Counted from the stretch's first letter, positions 19,227-30,140 are shown. The stretch is DNA of 64,000 bases from a virus (IMGVR_UViG_3300042554_002914); one strand, 5' to 3'. The notes: generated by a model not told the origin, from the sequence alone. Program-made: numbers and translations.

Positions 19227-19607
19227 GTCCGGTGCCGCGTTCCCCGGCGTGATCGGCAGTTGGGTCGAACCGGCGCTTTGCCGATGGGTGCATTATAGGG
19301 TGGATTCCCCGAGGTGTCAACCCCCCTGCCCCAGGCATCGATGTCAACTCCCTGGGCCCCATTCGAGTCACTAGCTCAATTCCTTGAACTCCCCTAACCC
19401 ATCAAAGATGCAAATCTCTAGCGAACTACATAAAAGTAAAATTGCAGCAAAAAGGAACTCACCATGCGCAGCAAGCAGGGCTACCCCAAATCCATGCCCA
19501 TAGGACATCATTAAAAAGCCACAGATACATGAGGTAAAATTCTGCGCCATTTGTAGCGTACCAAGCTAATGCTCTGGTGGTTTTTTGATTCATTGGGGGG
19601 ATAGGGT

Positions 19608-19913
19608 TCAGGGTGCAAGTCGAAGGTAGTTAACCACATGGTTAACGAAGTAGTCATCGGTATGTCCGTTCCCATTAATCAGAACACACTCACGAAGACT
19701 ATTCCGAATTTCACTGTGAGATACAGCGCCGTTATCGAGAAGATCAATCAGTTCTCCAGCGATGGATACGCAAAGTTCGTTTTCTTCACGAGCACTGAGG
19801 CACTGGATGCTGCCGAAGGAGGTTTCAGTCATTGAAAAGAATTCGTTTTTCATGGTCCTATCATAGCATAAGGCGCACGCCTCAGGGTGCCATAGGGTGT
19901 CACAGTGTGACAA
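19608..19913 (-). CDS. hypothetical protein
   Basis: 101-aa minus-strand ORF. Confidence 0.35.
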   Translation of the reverse strand: MSHCDTLWHPEACALCYDRTMKNEFFSMTETSFGSIQCLSAREENELCVSIAGELIDLLDNGAVSHSEIRNSLRECVLINGNGHTDDYFVNHVVNYLRLAP

Positions 19914-20238
19914 TCAGTCGGGTGCCCATCAACCTATCAACTTCTTCGGGAACATTAACCAACCAAGCCAAACGAAATCCGGCACTAAATCGGTCCGAAA
20001 TGTATTCGAGACTGTTATCAATACTTTCAATTGATTCATAGCCATAAGTCTCGTAACCACTCCGATAATCATCTTGATTCCGTTGATAATAAGACTTCAT
20101 TCTTTGAATGTATTTGCGATACTTTCTGATTTTTGAGCAAGTTACCTTAATGTCAATGTCACGGCCATTCATATGGCAATTATTGAAAACTTCCCTAAAG
20201 ATGAGGTTCCAATACTTTCGGCGGATTCGGCGCTTCAT
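19900..20238 (-). CDS. hypothetical protein
   Basis: 112-aa minus-strand ORF. Confidence 0.35.
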   Translation of the reverse strand: MKRRIRRKYWNLIFREVFNNCHMNGRDIDIKVTCSKIRKYRKYIQRMKSYYQRNQDDYRSGYETYGYESIESIDNSLEYISDRFSAGFRLAWLVNVPEEVDRLMGTRLIVTL

Positions 20239-20243
20239 TTTGG

Positions 20244-20576
20244 TTAGATGTATGAAAAGTAAGGACTAATAACTGAATTAACAAGATCTAAATGCTCTTT
20301 TACTCTTTCTCTTTCGTACTCAAGGTCTATGCTATTCCATACCCCATCAGTATGCTGATTTATCCATTGACAATACCTTCGTCGTACTGCTTCGTGTCCA
20401 CCATCAGGCTCATTAGCCTCTGGGTTGTAAGACAAACAAATGAAAGTTACCCAAGTTGGTGTTTGCCAAAGGGGAATTTGCGGCCCATCTTCGCTACTAT
20501 GTAAAGTAAGATTGAAACTCACTTCAGGAGTCCTCCTGATAACGAAATACTTTGGCAAACTCCTCTGCAGCTTCAA
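20244..20576 (-). CDS. hypothetical protein
   Basis: 110-aa minus-strand ORF. Confidence 0.35.
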   Translation of the reverse strand: MKLQRSLPKYFVIRRTPEVSFNLTLHSSEDGPQIPLWQTPTWVTFICLSYNPEANEPDGGHEAVRRRYCQWINQHTDGVWNSIDLEYERERVKEHLDLVNSVISPYFSYI

Positions 20577-20828
20577 ATGATGCTTCTGCGATAAACTTGA
20601 AGACTAACCTTCGTTCCTCTTCAGTAGTGGATGTGGCATTAGCCATTGAAACTGAACTCAACCACTCAGTATAGAGTGTCTGCCCCAAGTCAACAAAACG
20701 TTTTTGAGAAAATTCAGTCATTGGTTTTTCTGTAGGGGGGTTGTTCTGGGGTTGTTGGTGGAACGTGTCCATTATAGAAAGAAGCGTGTTACTCTGGGGC
20801 AACGTGCCAGTTGGTCAAGCGTCTTCAA

Positions 20829-21677
20829 TCACTTAAAGATATTATCGGAAAGTGAAAGAACGTTAGCGCCGTTAATTAGGATCTTCTGAATGCTACCATT
20901 CTTCATCGCTTCACGAAGAACTTCAAGGCGTTGATACTCAAGAGATTGTGCCGTCACAGTAGATGCTAGTGCCCTGTTTTCCTCTGCTTTGAGTTGTGCA
21001 GTCTGCGTCTTAACTTGCTGTTCTTTATTCGCAGATTGTGCTGCAACCACACGGTTGATAGATTCAACAAGAGTATCAGGAAGGTCTGCCTTACCTACGA
21101 TGATGGAATCAATGGTGATCTTACCTTCAAGACCATTTTTCTTCAAGGCATCAGAAAGATTGGCTTTAATTGAGTCTTGAACTTGACCAAGGCTGCTGTT
21201 TACAACCAAAGCCGGGAATTCGTCTACAGATTGGTTTACAGCAGAAGTAATCAGGCGAGCAATGTAACTACTCATAAGTTGAACTTGGTTACCATCACTA
21301 ATCGCATGATTAGTCATATCATAACCAGTATAAAACTCATAAAGAGAAGTAGGGTTGATACTGTAGGTTACAGTCACATCCATCTCTTTCATAATGGTGT
21401 TATCTTTAGTTTTGGGGCGAAGGTCATTTGCCGTTACCGTAATCTTACGTGTATTGAAGACTTTGATGCTACCAAAGCCATCATATTTAATTCCAGGTGT
21501 AAGAACTTTATTCTTCACCTGGCCATCAAAACCTACGAATAGGCCATTTTCACCAGTGCTAATTGTGGTGAATTGTCCTGCCGTAAGTGCAAGAGTAAGA
21601 GCACCAACACCGACGCCAATACCAATTTTTGCGAGAGACATGATTAAGGGGGGGGTAGTTAAGGGGGTAAAGAACAA
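20829..21677 (-). CDS. SPFH/band-7 (prohibitin/HflC-like) membrane protein
   Basis: An N-terminal transmembrane segment is followed by an SPFH-like core (ENGLFVGFDGQV..PGIKY) and a C-terminal coiled-coil. Confidence 0.65.
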   Translation of the reverse strand: MFFTPLTTPPLIMSLAKIGIGVGVGALTLALTAGQFTTISTGENGLFVGFDGQVKNKVLTPGIKYDGFGSIKVFNTRKITVTANDLRPKTKDNTIMKEMDVTVTYSINPTSLYEFYTGYDMTNHAISDGNQVQLMSSYIARLITSAVNQSVDEFPALVVNSSLGQVQDSIKANLSDALKKNGLEGKITIDSIIVGKADLPDTLVESINRVVAAQSANKEQQVKTQTAQLKAEENRALASTVTAQSLEYQRLEVLREAMKNGSIQKILINGANVLSLSDNIFK

Positions 21678-21983
21678 TTAGTCAGATGTTACGCCTGCGT
21701 ATATAAACGCAATCGCAACAAAGAGTAGAAAAGCGAGAGGAATCATCTTAAGAAAGAACAACACTGGTAGTCCTCTCAAAAGAAGAATGTAGAGTAGAGA
21801 AGCTACTCCGATAGAGATACCTATAATTCGGATTACCATTTTCAATTGTAAGTGCAGAGTTGTGCCATGTGCTTTAGTTGGATGGAACAAAGATTGCGAA
21901 TGTTGATTTTCATAAGAGTTCGTGGTTGTTTGGACTGAAGCCAGTATAGCGGGGATTTGGGAGACAAGGTGCCATAACCACAA
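21678..21983 (-). CDS. small membrane protein downstream of the SPFH gene
   Basis: 101-aa ORF with two hydrophobic segments, adjacent to the SPFH gene on the same strand. Confidence 0.35.
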   Translation of the reverse strand: MWLWHLVSQIPAILASVQTTTNSYENQHSQSLFHPTKAHGTTLHLQLKMVIRIIGISIGVASLLYILLLRGLPVLFFLKMIPLAFLLFVAIAFIYAGVTSD

Positions 21984-22756
21984 CAGTCAAAACAAACCCC
22001 ATACCCTACCTATGCCTCCAACCATCTTCGCAATGCAATCAGCATTGGATTCTTCCGGTGCTAAAATAGCGGATGTCCTGCTGTCAGCAAGTACCAAATC
22101 GCCGTCAAAATTGAAAGACAGGTATAAGCCGGGAATCAAACAAAGTTCCCCGTGGTGATCCCCGTGATTCAAAAAGTTCTCAATTTTGTCTTTCATGGCT
22201 GGTTGCGGCTAGTTAAAATTACGGTAAGTTCAAAATCTGGAGCAACATCTTTAACTCAATTCGTTCCCCATCATTATAATTACCGTAGAACCCTTTAAAT
22301 CTATCGAAAGCACCCATTTGGACTGCAATACTAACAGCAGACAGGTAGGATACTTTACCGTGAGGATCAATAACCATGAGCAATTGCCCTGGCGGGATCT
22401 TATCGGCTTTAACTAAGGGTTGATCGGAAAATTCCATGGTTTTTGAGGTTGTGAACTGAGGTTGTGAACTAATGGCCCTTAATTAAGCTGGACCCTATAC
22501 GCGACCAACAACACCCATATACCGATCAAATTCGTCCATGAAAGCAGTAACGTCATCCTCGTAAGAAGAATCAGGATCCACCCAATCAAGTTGAACTTTT
22601 TTACTTACATTGTCTGAGAAAATCAAATCAAACTTAGCTTCCCAAGATAGTTTAGAGTCGAAGATCCTCCTAGCCTCGCTGTAGATTAAATGAAGCCCAT
22701 CGAAGGTTGGTTGGTTTGTCATTGGTTTTGGTAGGGAGTGGTTGTTGGCTGGTAGC

Positions 22757-22800
22757 GAACCCATCTTAGCACAGTGCCGGGGTCAGTGTCAACCCCTGTG
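22757..22800 (-). promoter_or_regulatory. type-I promoter repeat
   Basis: Plus strand reads cttagcacagtgccggggtcagtgtcaacccc. Confidence 0.5.
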
Positions 22801-23148
22801 GCTACGGCACCCATCACTTCACCCCCAACTTAACCAGTAGGCAAGTACGACGAGCCTTAGCAGCCCTGGCCGCCTGTGGCTTACGTTTGCCCTTGGATTT
22901 ACGGCCCTTCTCACGGGGCCCTAGTTTGCTGTGGTTGCTGGTCATGGCATTAGCGGTCCGGTTCTTCCTTATTATAGGGGGTAGTTCCGGCTCTGTCAAC
23001 CCCCTTGCCTTGACTTTACTTTGACTTTAACTTTGTGGCCACAACCCCCTTGCCTGACACCGTGGCAACAAACCCCTTGCCTTGCCTTTGCCTCTACAGC
23101 GCTTAGCGTTGACCCCCCGTAGCTACTACCGGGAAACCAAACCCCTAT

Positions 23149-23727
23149 TTAGTCACCCATCAAAATACGATTAGGAACATAAATCCACTTAGCATCATGG
23201 CTAATGTTCGTGTCCAAAATACAAACTTCTAGCTTTTTCCCTTCATTTTTAGACGCAAAATCGGTGAAAGGTTTTTCGTAGGAGCGCATAGTCCCAGCTA
23301 ACTTACCCGTAAACAGATTCCTACTTACATTGTAACCCCTAAAACTTTCTGCAGAAGGGTCAGGCAGGTCAAAATGTGTTTCAATGTAGATACCGCTATC
23401 GGCACACTCAGGTTTGAATTCGCGTTCGATTTTGACCCTGTTAAGGGTAGTCCGATTAAAATGCGAAAGCAAATGCCCAATGTGCCCGATAGCCAATTCA
23501 TCCCTATCAAAAGATGCCTTATATGAGGTCATCCAGTCAACTTGCACCACCTCTTTTCTATGGTTCAAAAGTTCAAAGGCAATAACTGGAATTTGCTGCA
23601 AAGCAGAATAGGGATACGTATTAAGCATCACAATGGCTTCTTTGGGCGCTGTGATGTGAAATTCGTAGGTACTCATGGTTGTTGTTGGTTGTTGTTGTTG
23701 GTTGTTGCTGGGTATGGACATGAGCAT
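23149..23727 (-). CDS. hypothetical protein
   Basis: 192-aa ORF directly downstream of the CCA-adding enzyme gene. Confidence 0.45.
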   Translation of the reverse strand: MLMSIPSNNQQQQPTTTMSTYEFHITAPKEAIVMLNTYPYSALQQIPVIAFELLNHRKEVVQVDWMTSYKASFDRDELAIGHIGHLLSHFNRTTLNRVKIEREFKPECADSGIYIETHFDLPDPSAESFRGYNVSRNLFTGKLAGTMRSYEKPFTDFASKNEGKKLEVCILDTNISHDAKWIYVPNRILMGD

Positions 23728-23776
23728 GTGCCTGGGACGGTAACTTGTGATAAACCGTATTGAGGCAAAACCACAA

Positions 23777-24526
23777 TTACATTTTCATTGTAGCATCTAG
23801 ACGCAAGCCCCCAGAGAAGATAACCTTAGCCATTGTGTCAGGTAGCGTCCCCAGTAGGTGCAGAGAGTCTAAAGTGGAAAACATAAACATTTTGTTTAGT
23901 TCTTCCCTTACCCTCTCCTTGGAGACACCCGCTAGCATTTCCTCCGCCAGACCACTACGCAATGCAGCATGAGTTTCAACCTCGGGGACAAAACCTTTGG
24001 TGATTTGGAACCTGAACCCTCTTAGAACTCTGAGCCCATCTTCTTTGATTCGTTGCTCAGGATCCCCAACAAACCGAAGAATTTTGTTTTCGATGTCGGA
24101 AACCCCGTCAACAAAGTCAATTAGGTTACCTTGAATGTCCCTACAAAGTGCATTTACTGAAAAGTCTCTGCGAAAAATGTCATCTTCCAGGGTACCCGGC
24201 TTCACCCAATCAGGGCGACGGCCATCGCTGTAGGGACCATCTTTGCGGGCTAGTACAAAGTCAGCGACGGTAGTGCGGGCCTCTAGCACATGGCCCTTTG
24301 GGACCCGCGCACGAATGGTTAGAAACTCACGGCGAGACTCGAAAATCTGGAAACCTTGCTCGGCAAGCTGAGCTTCCATCGCAAGGAAAGCACTATCGGC
24401 CGTGGCGAAGACACCCTCGGGAGCAACAACAGAGAAGTCAATGTCCTTGGATGGAATCCCAAGTAAACTATCCCTGACACAACCCCCCACCTCAAAAAAT
24501 TGAAATTTTTCCACTTGCTTTGCCAT
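23777..24526 (-). CDS. cca: tRNA nucleotidyltransferase (CCA-adding enzyme), minimal head/neck form
   Basis: GGCVRDSLLG..DIDF is a class-II nucleotidyltransferase motif. RRDFSVNAL is a CCA-enzyme signature. The protein is 249 aa. Confidence 0.75.
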   Translation of the reverse strand: MAKQVEKFQFFEVGGCVRDSLLGIPSKDIDFSVVAPEGVFATADSAFLAMEAQLAEQGFQIFESRREFLTIRARVPKGHVLEARTTVADFVLARKDGPYSDGRRPDWVKPGTLEDDIFRRDFSVNALCRDIQGNLIDFVDGVSDIENKILRFVGDPEQRIKEDGLRVLRGFRFQITKGFVPEVETHAALRSGLAEEMLAGVSKERVREELNKMFMFSTLDSLHLLGTLPDTMAKVIFSGGLRLDATMKM

Positions 24527-24931
24527 TTATGCCTCGGTTTTTGATTACTGGTATTTTAGCATAGGGGGTGGCAAGCTGTCAAGGGGTGGTGCTTATGAGG
24601 TAGCCTAGGGTGGCCGATGCGGTTGTTTACGCCTACCATGGTACATTAAGTTTTGTTACAGTCATAATCCCGTGGCAAAGTGACGCTTACAAACCTTAAG
24701 TAACACTAACTCCCCCAAATATCTATCACTATGTTCCAAAAATGCACTCATTGCTTCCCCCTCAGAATTATAACCACCATAGGAATTTAAACGTTCACCA
24801 AACATATTCCTATCATCAGGGTCTACAAGGCGCCCTTCATCTGTCAATTCGCGCCAAATGTAGGAAGTTGTTATTTTGGTGGCTTTTCTAGATTGATACA
24901 TTATTGGGGGAGGTTAATATACTGGATACAA

Positions 24932-25813
24932 TCAAATCTTAGGCAATTCAACTACTTTGCCGACAGGTTCTGGGGGTACCATGGCATCGGCCCCACCATC
25001 GGCCCCACCATCGGCCCCACCATCGGCCCCACTAATCATCTTACTGCCGTCAACCATGGCCGCCATAGCACCTACACCATAACTATGAGCAGTTTGGATA
25101 AAATGGGCTTCAACTTCTGCCTTAGCTTCTTCGACCATGACCTCAGTTGCTTCCTTGAAGGACTCTACCGCAAAGTCCAGGTTTTTAGGTAAATTACTAG
25201 CCTGGGATTTCAAATTAGCCACAATTCCCTTCAGTTTAACCTTGCTGATAGACTTATCATTAAGTACCCCCTCTAGTTGGCCTGCAATGTCATTGATCCC
25301 TTGCATAGCCTGTTCAAGTTTAACCCCAAACTCCTCATTGAAACTATCCTTCCGGTTCTTCTCTGGTGGTTTAATCCCAGGAACAGCAACCAGTGGCCCC
25401 TCAGAAAGGCGATTCAAAGTAATTGGGGTAGCTTGACTTCTACCTGCTCCGCTGACAAATTTCCCCCATTGAGCTTCACTCATTGAGAACTCAACAACTT
25501 GTCCCCTAGGGAATACCCAATCCCTATGCAAATTCCTTTCCATCTCTGCTGTTTGAATGGTTACCGATATGTAGTGATTATGGCTTAAATCAGACCCGAA
25601 CAAATAAACCCCAGGTGTACATTGCGGGCGAGTAACTGTGATCACCCCATAAGCAGGATGGCTGTAAACTTGGTTGTTGTCTTTGGTGGTGATGGTAGGT
25701 GCTTGATTGCTCATTGATTTTGGTGGGGTTGTCTTTGGTGGGGATGTGTGTCGCTGTTGATACTGTCGCTGCTGTCGTTGCTGTCGGGTTATATGGAAAG
25801 GGCTTACATTCAC
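24932..25813 (-). CDS. hypothetical protein with a (GGAD)n repeat and a Q/R-rich N-terminus
   Basis: 293-aa ORF. The tandem 12-mer ggccccaccatc lies at 24990-25030. Confidence 0.45.
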   Translation of the reverse strand: MNVSPFHITRQQRQQRQYQQRHTSPPKTTPPKSMSNQAPTITTKDNNQVYSHPAYGVITVTRPQCTPGVYLFGSDLSHNHYISVTIQTAEMERNLHRDWVFPRGQVVEFSMSEAQWGKFVSGAGRSQATPITLNRLSEGPLVAVPGIKPPEKNRKDSFNEEFGVKLEQAMQGINDIAGQLEGVLNDKSISKVKLKGIVANLKSQASNLPKNLDFAVESFKEATEVMVEEAKAEVEAHFIQTAHSYGVGAMAAMVDGSKMISGADGGADGGADGGADAMVPPEPVGKVVELPKI

Positions 25814-25829
25814 TGCATACTATCGGCGA

Positions 25830-26351
25830 TTAGCGACTAGCAGTAACTTTAGAGCGACTGAGGATCGTAGCAACATAAATGCGCCCCTTTTTAGCCATGG
25901 CAGATACTGCTTTGTTACGATTAAATACCGGAACTTTCTTAACGGTGGGCTCCATTTTAGCCTTGGCAGCATCTTCTAGGGCCTTCAGTTTGGCTTTGGC
26001 AACTTCCACCGTTTGGGTAGCCTTTTGGATCTTAGTATTGCCAGAAAAATCATATTCCTTATCCTCCCGCAGAATGAAATTACCGTAAATCGTCTCAATT
26101 TTCTTAAGATCGGCAGCCTCCAGCTTCTCAGCAATGGAAGCCTTAACAGCACTCCTGCGCTCAGTCAGGGCAGCAATACGCTCGTCCAGCGAAGACAAGC
26201 GACGGACAAGGTTCTCGGTGGTTTGGGCTTGGGTTTGGGTTTGGATTGTAGTTTGGGCGATAGCCATGGCTTCGGTGTGTGTGTCAACTGAACCCAGTAT
26301 AAGGGGTGCCTGCCCCCTTGTCAACCCCCCTAACCAAAACGCAACCATCAC
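25830..26351 (-). CDS. hypothetical coiled-coil protein
   Basis: 173-aa minus-strand ORF. Confidence 0.45.
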   Translation of the reverse strand: MMVAFWLGGLTRGQAPLILGSVDTHTEAMAIAQTTIQTQTQAQTTENLVRRLSSLDERIAALTERRSAVKASIAEKLEAADLKKIETIYGNFILREDKEYDFSGNTKIQKATQTVEVAKAKLKALEDAAKAKMEPTVKKVPVFNRNKAVSAMAKKGRIYVATILSRSKVTASR

Positions 26352-26389
26352 CCGTCGTCTTAGTACGGGGGCAGCGGCGACAATGGCTA

Positions 26390-26797
26390 CTAAACCAACT
26401 TAGCTTGAATTTTAACTAACTTTTCCAACAGGGCACCCATGGACTTGGCTTCCCCCACTGCAAGGTCTAATTGCCCCCTGGTCACATACGTAGCAATCCG
26501 CTCACTATGCCTTGTGCGAGATACAGAACAAAAAGACTCAGCGCATTGTGCTAAGATGCCCCATTCTTCATTACTTAATTCAATCGAACGCTTAATCGGG
26601 CTATTTGCACCATTGTCAAAATCCCTATAACCCTCAGACTCGATTGCACATGGTTCTAAAAGCAAGCGTTGTAGCCTGGGAAGCGGGCGGGGCGGTGCAT
26701 CAAGGGCGGCATTAAATGCGTCCCAATTCGCCGTATCCAAAATAATAGGCTGTTGGTCTCCCTGGTCTCCGCCGGAAAACTCACTTGGTGTGGTCAT
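26390..26797 (-). CDS. hypothetical protein
   Basis: 135-aa ORF. An N-terminal stretch (WDAFNAALDAPPRP) resembles the C-terminus of DUF1778-type antitoxins; the match is weak. Confidence 0.4.
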   Translation of the reverse strand: MTTPSEFSGGDQGDQQPIILDTANWDAFNAALDAPPRPLPRLQRLLLEPCAIESEGYRDFDNGANSPIKRSIELSNEEWGILAQCAESFCSVSRTRHSERIATYVTRGQLDLAVGEAKSMGALLEKLVKIQAKLV

Positions 26798-27084
26798 TTG
26801 GTGTTATGCAATTTATGTAGTTTATTCAGAAATAGGAAACCAGCATATTTATGGAAAACTTCAACAGGTCTCCAATCATTGAAGTATTCAGATGACAGAA
26901 ACCATTTGCCACTTTCCGATTTATAGACTCTGCCACACTCTGACATTGTATTTGAGCTACGGTAAATGACTAGGGAAGGTTTATTTACTGAGATGTAGAG
27001 GGGGGATTGGTACTTTGTTTGTGGTTTGTCCATGGTGGAGGCGGAAAGGAGAGGTGGGATGGGCTTAAATGAATGTAAAGGCAA
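26794..27084 (-). CDS. hypothetical protein
   Basis: 96-aa minus-strand ORF. Confidence 0.35.
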   Translation of the reverse strand: MPLHSFKPIPPLLSASTMDKPQTKYQSPLYISVNKPSLVIYRSSNTMSECGRVYKSESGKWFLSSEYFNDWRPVEVFHKYAGFLFLNKLHKLHNTK

Positions 27085-27103
27085 TCAACAAATGTAGAGA
27101 CAA

Positions 27104-27826
27104 TCAACTAAAGATATCTTCTGTTTCCTTTTTCTTAATCTGCCAGTAAGTGTCCCGGGTAGCATTATACGCGGTTAAAATACCTGAGAATACAGCCCCG
27201 GTATCAATCCCGATACGGTCATTAGTTATGTCCGGATCTTTACCTACGATAGTATGACCATGGACAACTTTCTTTATTTTGGCGGTCCATTCATGCAGTT
27301 CAGGTCCCAGGCTAAGGAATGGTTCACGTATCCATAGTAGGTTGTCGGCCTTTTTAGTTTTAATTTGTTCAAAGGGATCATGCCCAGGAAACACTCCAGC
27401 ATGGATAAACATTGTGTCCCCCACAGTCATGTAGATAGGTAGTTGTTTGATCCATTCATAGTGATTGGCTTTCATGTCTTCAAACTGTTTAAGATTTCCG
27501 CCATTTCTCACCCAAATCGCCAAAGAATTGTATCCCCACATGGTTTCGGATCCTGCAACAACATCGACAAACATACGTTCATGGTTACCCATCAGCACAT
27601 TGAAACTTTCTAGTCCTGCACTTTCGGGATCGTCCATTAGTTCTTTGACTTTGTTAAGGACATCCATATCTTCGCCACCCCGGTCAATCAAGTCCCCCAG
27701 CAGAATCACTCGCGCCCCAGTTCCATTAAGCCACTTTAATGCGGCAGTTAAAACATCATAACGAGCGTGGATGTCACCAATGGCTACTACATCACCGACA
27801 TTTACTTTTTTCCTCAGCCTGGTCAT
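27104..27826 (-). CDS. calcineurin-like metallophosphoesterase (lambda-phosphatase / Pnkp-phosphatase type)
   Basis: GDIHA, GDLIDRG and GNHE motifs are all present. Confidence 0.75.
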   Translation of the reverse strand: MTRLRKKVNVGDVVAIGDIHARYDVLTAALKWLNGTGARVILLGDLIDRGGEDMDVLNKVKELMDDPESAGLESFNVLMGNHERMFVDVVAGSETMWGYNSLAIWVRNGGNLKQFEDMKANHYEWIKQLPIYMTVGDTMFIHAGVFPGHDPFEQIKTKKADNLLWIREPFLSLGPELHEWTAKIKKVVHGHTIVGKDPDITNDRIGIDTGAVFSGILTAYNATRDTYWQIKKKETEDIFS

Positions 27827-27969
27827 TTTACTTCGGGGTTTGTACTTTGGGGGTTTTACTTTGGGGTTCTTGCTTTGGGGTTAATATCCCGGTGTTTATC
27901 CTGTGGGTCATCCTGTGGATATCCTATGGGTAATCATGCGGGGTCACCATACGGGACCACACTACGGGT

Positions 27970-28464
27970 TCATTGGGTCCGGCCACCAACATATTCTACC
28001 ATAGAAAAACCTTCCGTGTCAACCCCCCTTAAGGACGCTTGCAAGGCAGAGTGCATCTTTTCAATAACCAACTCAGGTACATTGCGACTCCTAGCTGCAT
28101 TTTGCTTAAGACAAATGTCTAAGGGTGGGTTCACTACGATGGCCCTAATGTCGTGGTAGCCATAACCCTGAAGCAAAGCAATTACGTCCTTGCGGTATTT
28201 TGCCCTATAATGGGTGCCATCCATAATGAGTACCTTGCCAACATTTTCCTCAATTAAGTTCTCAATACGATCTTGAATAACCATCCATTCGCCCTGAATA
28301 TTGGCATCCCCATATAATTCTGCTCGGATTTGGTCCCCGGAGATGATTACTGCGTTTTCACATTCAGCAAGCCTAGCAGCATAGGTGGATTTACCGGAAC
28401 CAGGAGCCCCCACCATGATGTAGGCGTGGTTGTGGTTGTAGGTGAGGGTATTTTCAGGAGTCAT
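27970..28464 (-). CDS. P-loop kinase, polynucleotide kinase (T4 Pnk kinase domain)-like
   Basis: The Walker A (VGAPGSGKST) is at the N-terminus. The protein is 164 aa. It lies immediately upstream of the phosphoesterase gene on the same strand. Confidence 0.55.
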   Translation of the reverse strand: MTPENTLTYNHNHAYIMVGAPGSGKSTYAARLAECENAVIISGDQIRAELYGDANIQGEWMVIQDRIENLIEENVGKVLIMDGTHYRAKYRKDVIALLQGYGYHDIRAIVVNPPLDICLKQNAARSRNVPELVIEKMHSALQASLRGVDTEGFSMVEYVGGRTQ

Positions 28465-28809
28465 AAGGGGGTTTAGAAGGGGTCTAAGGGCCCCGGGGGG
28501 GTGTCAAAACCACATCAATTACACTTAGTATAGCATACCGCCAACCAAAGTCAATGCCCGAAAGTCAAAAACCTATACCTGTCTAACCAATCCTTAAGCA
28601 AATCATCATCTTCGACTACTTGGGGGTTTTGATTTACAAAATCTTCAACTACCCACGCAACTTCTTTGAATTGCAATTCGTTACAGTCCGGTTTGAATGG
28701 GACTTTAAGGTTTGGATACTTGGGTAGTATTGCGGCTAGTTGTGACTTTAGACTTAATGGTACGGCCATCTTGTAAACCTCAAGGATTCAACAAACTTAC
28801 CCATTACCC

Positions 28810-29112
28810 TCAAAGGTCAGTCTCTAGGGCAATTTCCCCCAGGTTAAACTTTTCCATAATATCCAAATAACCAGCATTCAAAATACCTTGAATAAGGTCA
28901 CCGTCGTCTAGTTCCTTCAGATTTGCAGTCAAGGCTTCGCAATAAACACGAATAAGTTCCTTAACTGGTGCATTTTCTGCAACACGGGACACCACAATGT
29001 CGATCAGTTCGTTGCGATTTTCAATAGGTTCAGGGGCCATTTTTTGTCTGTTTGGTTTGTTTAGTCTGTTCGGTCTGTTTAGTCCGTTCGGTCCATAAAT
29101 GTAATTATACAA
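28810..29112 (-). CDS. hypothetical protein
   Basis: 100-aa minus-strand ORF. Confidence 0.3.
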   Translation of the reverse strand: MYNYIYGPNGLNRPNRLNKPNRQKMAPEPIENRNELIDIVVSRVAENAPVKELIRVYCEALTANLKELDDGDLIQGILNAGYLDIMEKFNLGEIALETDL

Positions 29113-29154
29113 TTACCTTAATATAACCAAGATGTAACCCCCAGGGATTACAAA

Positions 29155-29243
29155 GGAAGAAGGGGGATTCGAACCCCCGGAGCCGCGAAAGCGACTCTGC
29201 AGTTTTCAAGACTGCCGCTATCAGCCACTCAGCCACTCTTCCA
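29155..29243 (-). tRNA. tRNA-Ser (anticodon UGA), type II with a long variable arm
   Basis: The reverse complement gives acceptor GGAAGAG, anticodon stem GCAGU/ACUGC and loop CUUGAAA. The variable arm is long. The T-arm is GGGGGUUCGAAUCCCCC. CCA is not encoded. Confidence 0.85.
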
Positions 29244-29279
29244 GTGGTTCATCTAATGGGCCTTCAATTGGGCCAGAAC

Positions 29280-30140
29280 CTATGGCTTTGTCTCACCTTG
29301 TTCTAATTCACTTGGGGTTTCTTTCTTTGGCCCCTTTGAAATTTTACGATTAGATTTGTAGCCGCACTTGCTTAATTTGTCTAGGAACAAAAATAGTCTA
29401 TCTAACCAAGTTAGAGTGGGCAAGGTAGCTTTCGGTCCGAACATCGGGGTTTTTCTGCCTTTCCAATTTAGGCCGATTCCGGCTTCACTTTCGATATGAA
29501 TGACCACGATTTCCGGTAGTAACTCTCTTTTTTCTCGTGGCCACTTTTTGCAATGCAAAACATCTGTGCGGTCCGCAAATCCGTGTTTGCTCGGGTATTG
29601 ACTTACCCCTGAACCTACTGGATTCCACATTTGGAAGTAACCGATTGGCTCATAGCCCCCTTGCCAAGATTTGTATTCAGCAATTCTGACCCCGACCGGA
29701 TACCTGTCTAAATGGATAAAAATCCAAGAATCTTGAATGGGAGATGGCTTATCTACAAACTTTATCCAATCTTCATAACCAGGGCACATCAAACGGTCGG
29801 CACCATAGATCTTTTCCTTATCTAGGGGTAAATTCTCTAGAATTGATCGTGTTTGAGGGGGCAAGTAGATATCTGAGTCCAGGTGCAGAACCCATCCATC
29901 TAGGCTCAGTTTTTCTAACCCTGCATTTATTCCTTTGCCTTTATTAAATGCGTCACCGTTCTCATAAAAAACATCCGTTTGAACACACTCTACATTGTAG
30001 TATTCGCATAGCTTCTTAGTATCGTTATCCTTAGTATCGGTAACGACTACGAGTTTATCAAACTGATTTCGGGTGCTGGGCAAGGTATGGGCCAGGAAGT
30101 CAGAGTAGTTGACGCAAATAATGACGGCTTCGAGTTTCAC
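29280..30140 (-). CDS. glycosyltransferase-like protein (GT-A fold)
   Basis: The N-terminal pattern (AVIICVNYSDF..LVVVTDTKDND) is followed by a DSD motif. The protein is 286 aa. Confidence 0.4.
   Translation of the reverse strand: MKLEAVIICVNYSDFLAHTLPSTRNQFDKLVVVTDTKDNDTKKLCEYYNVECVQTDVFYENGDAFNKGKGINAGLEKLSLDGWVLHLDSDIYLPPQTRSILENLPLDKEKIYGADRLMCPGYEDWIKFVDKPSPIQDSWIFIHLDRYPVGVRIAEYKSWQGGYEPIGYFQMWNPVGSGVSQYPSKHGFADRTDVLHCKKWPREKRELLPEIVVIHIESEAGIGLNWKGRKTPMFGPKATLPTLTWLDRLFLFLDKLSKCGYKSNRKISKGPKKETPSELEQGETKP

Noticed and set aside
23149-23727. 2H phosphoesterase (LigT / cyclic phosphodiesterase) assignment for the ORF next to the CCA enzyme
   Set aside because: Only one H-x-T-x motif (HITA) is visible. 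The second motif required for the 2H fold is not evident (the HIGH/HLLS region does not fit H-x-[TS]-x). The assignment would need a profile search.
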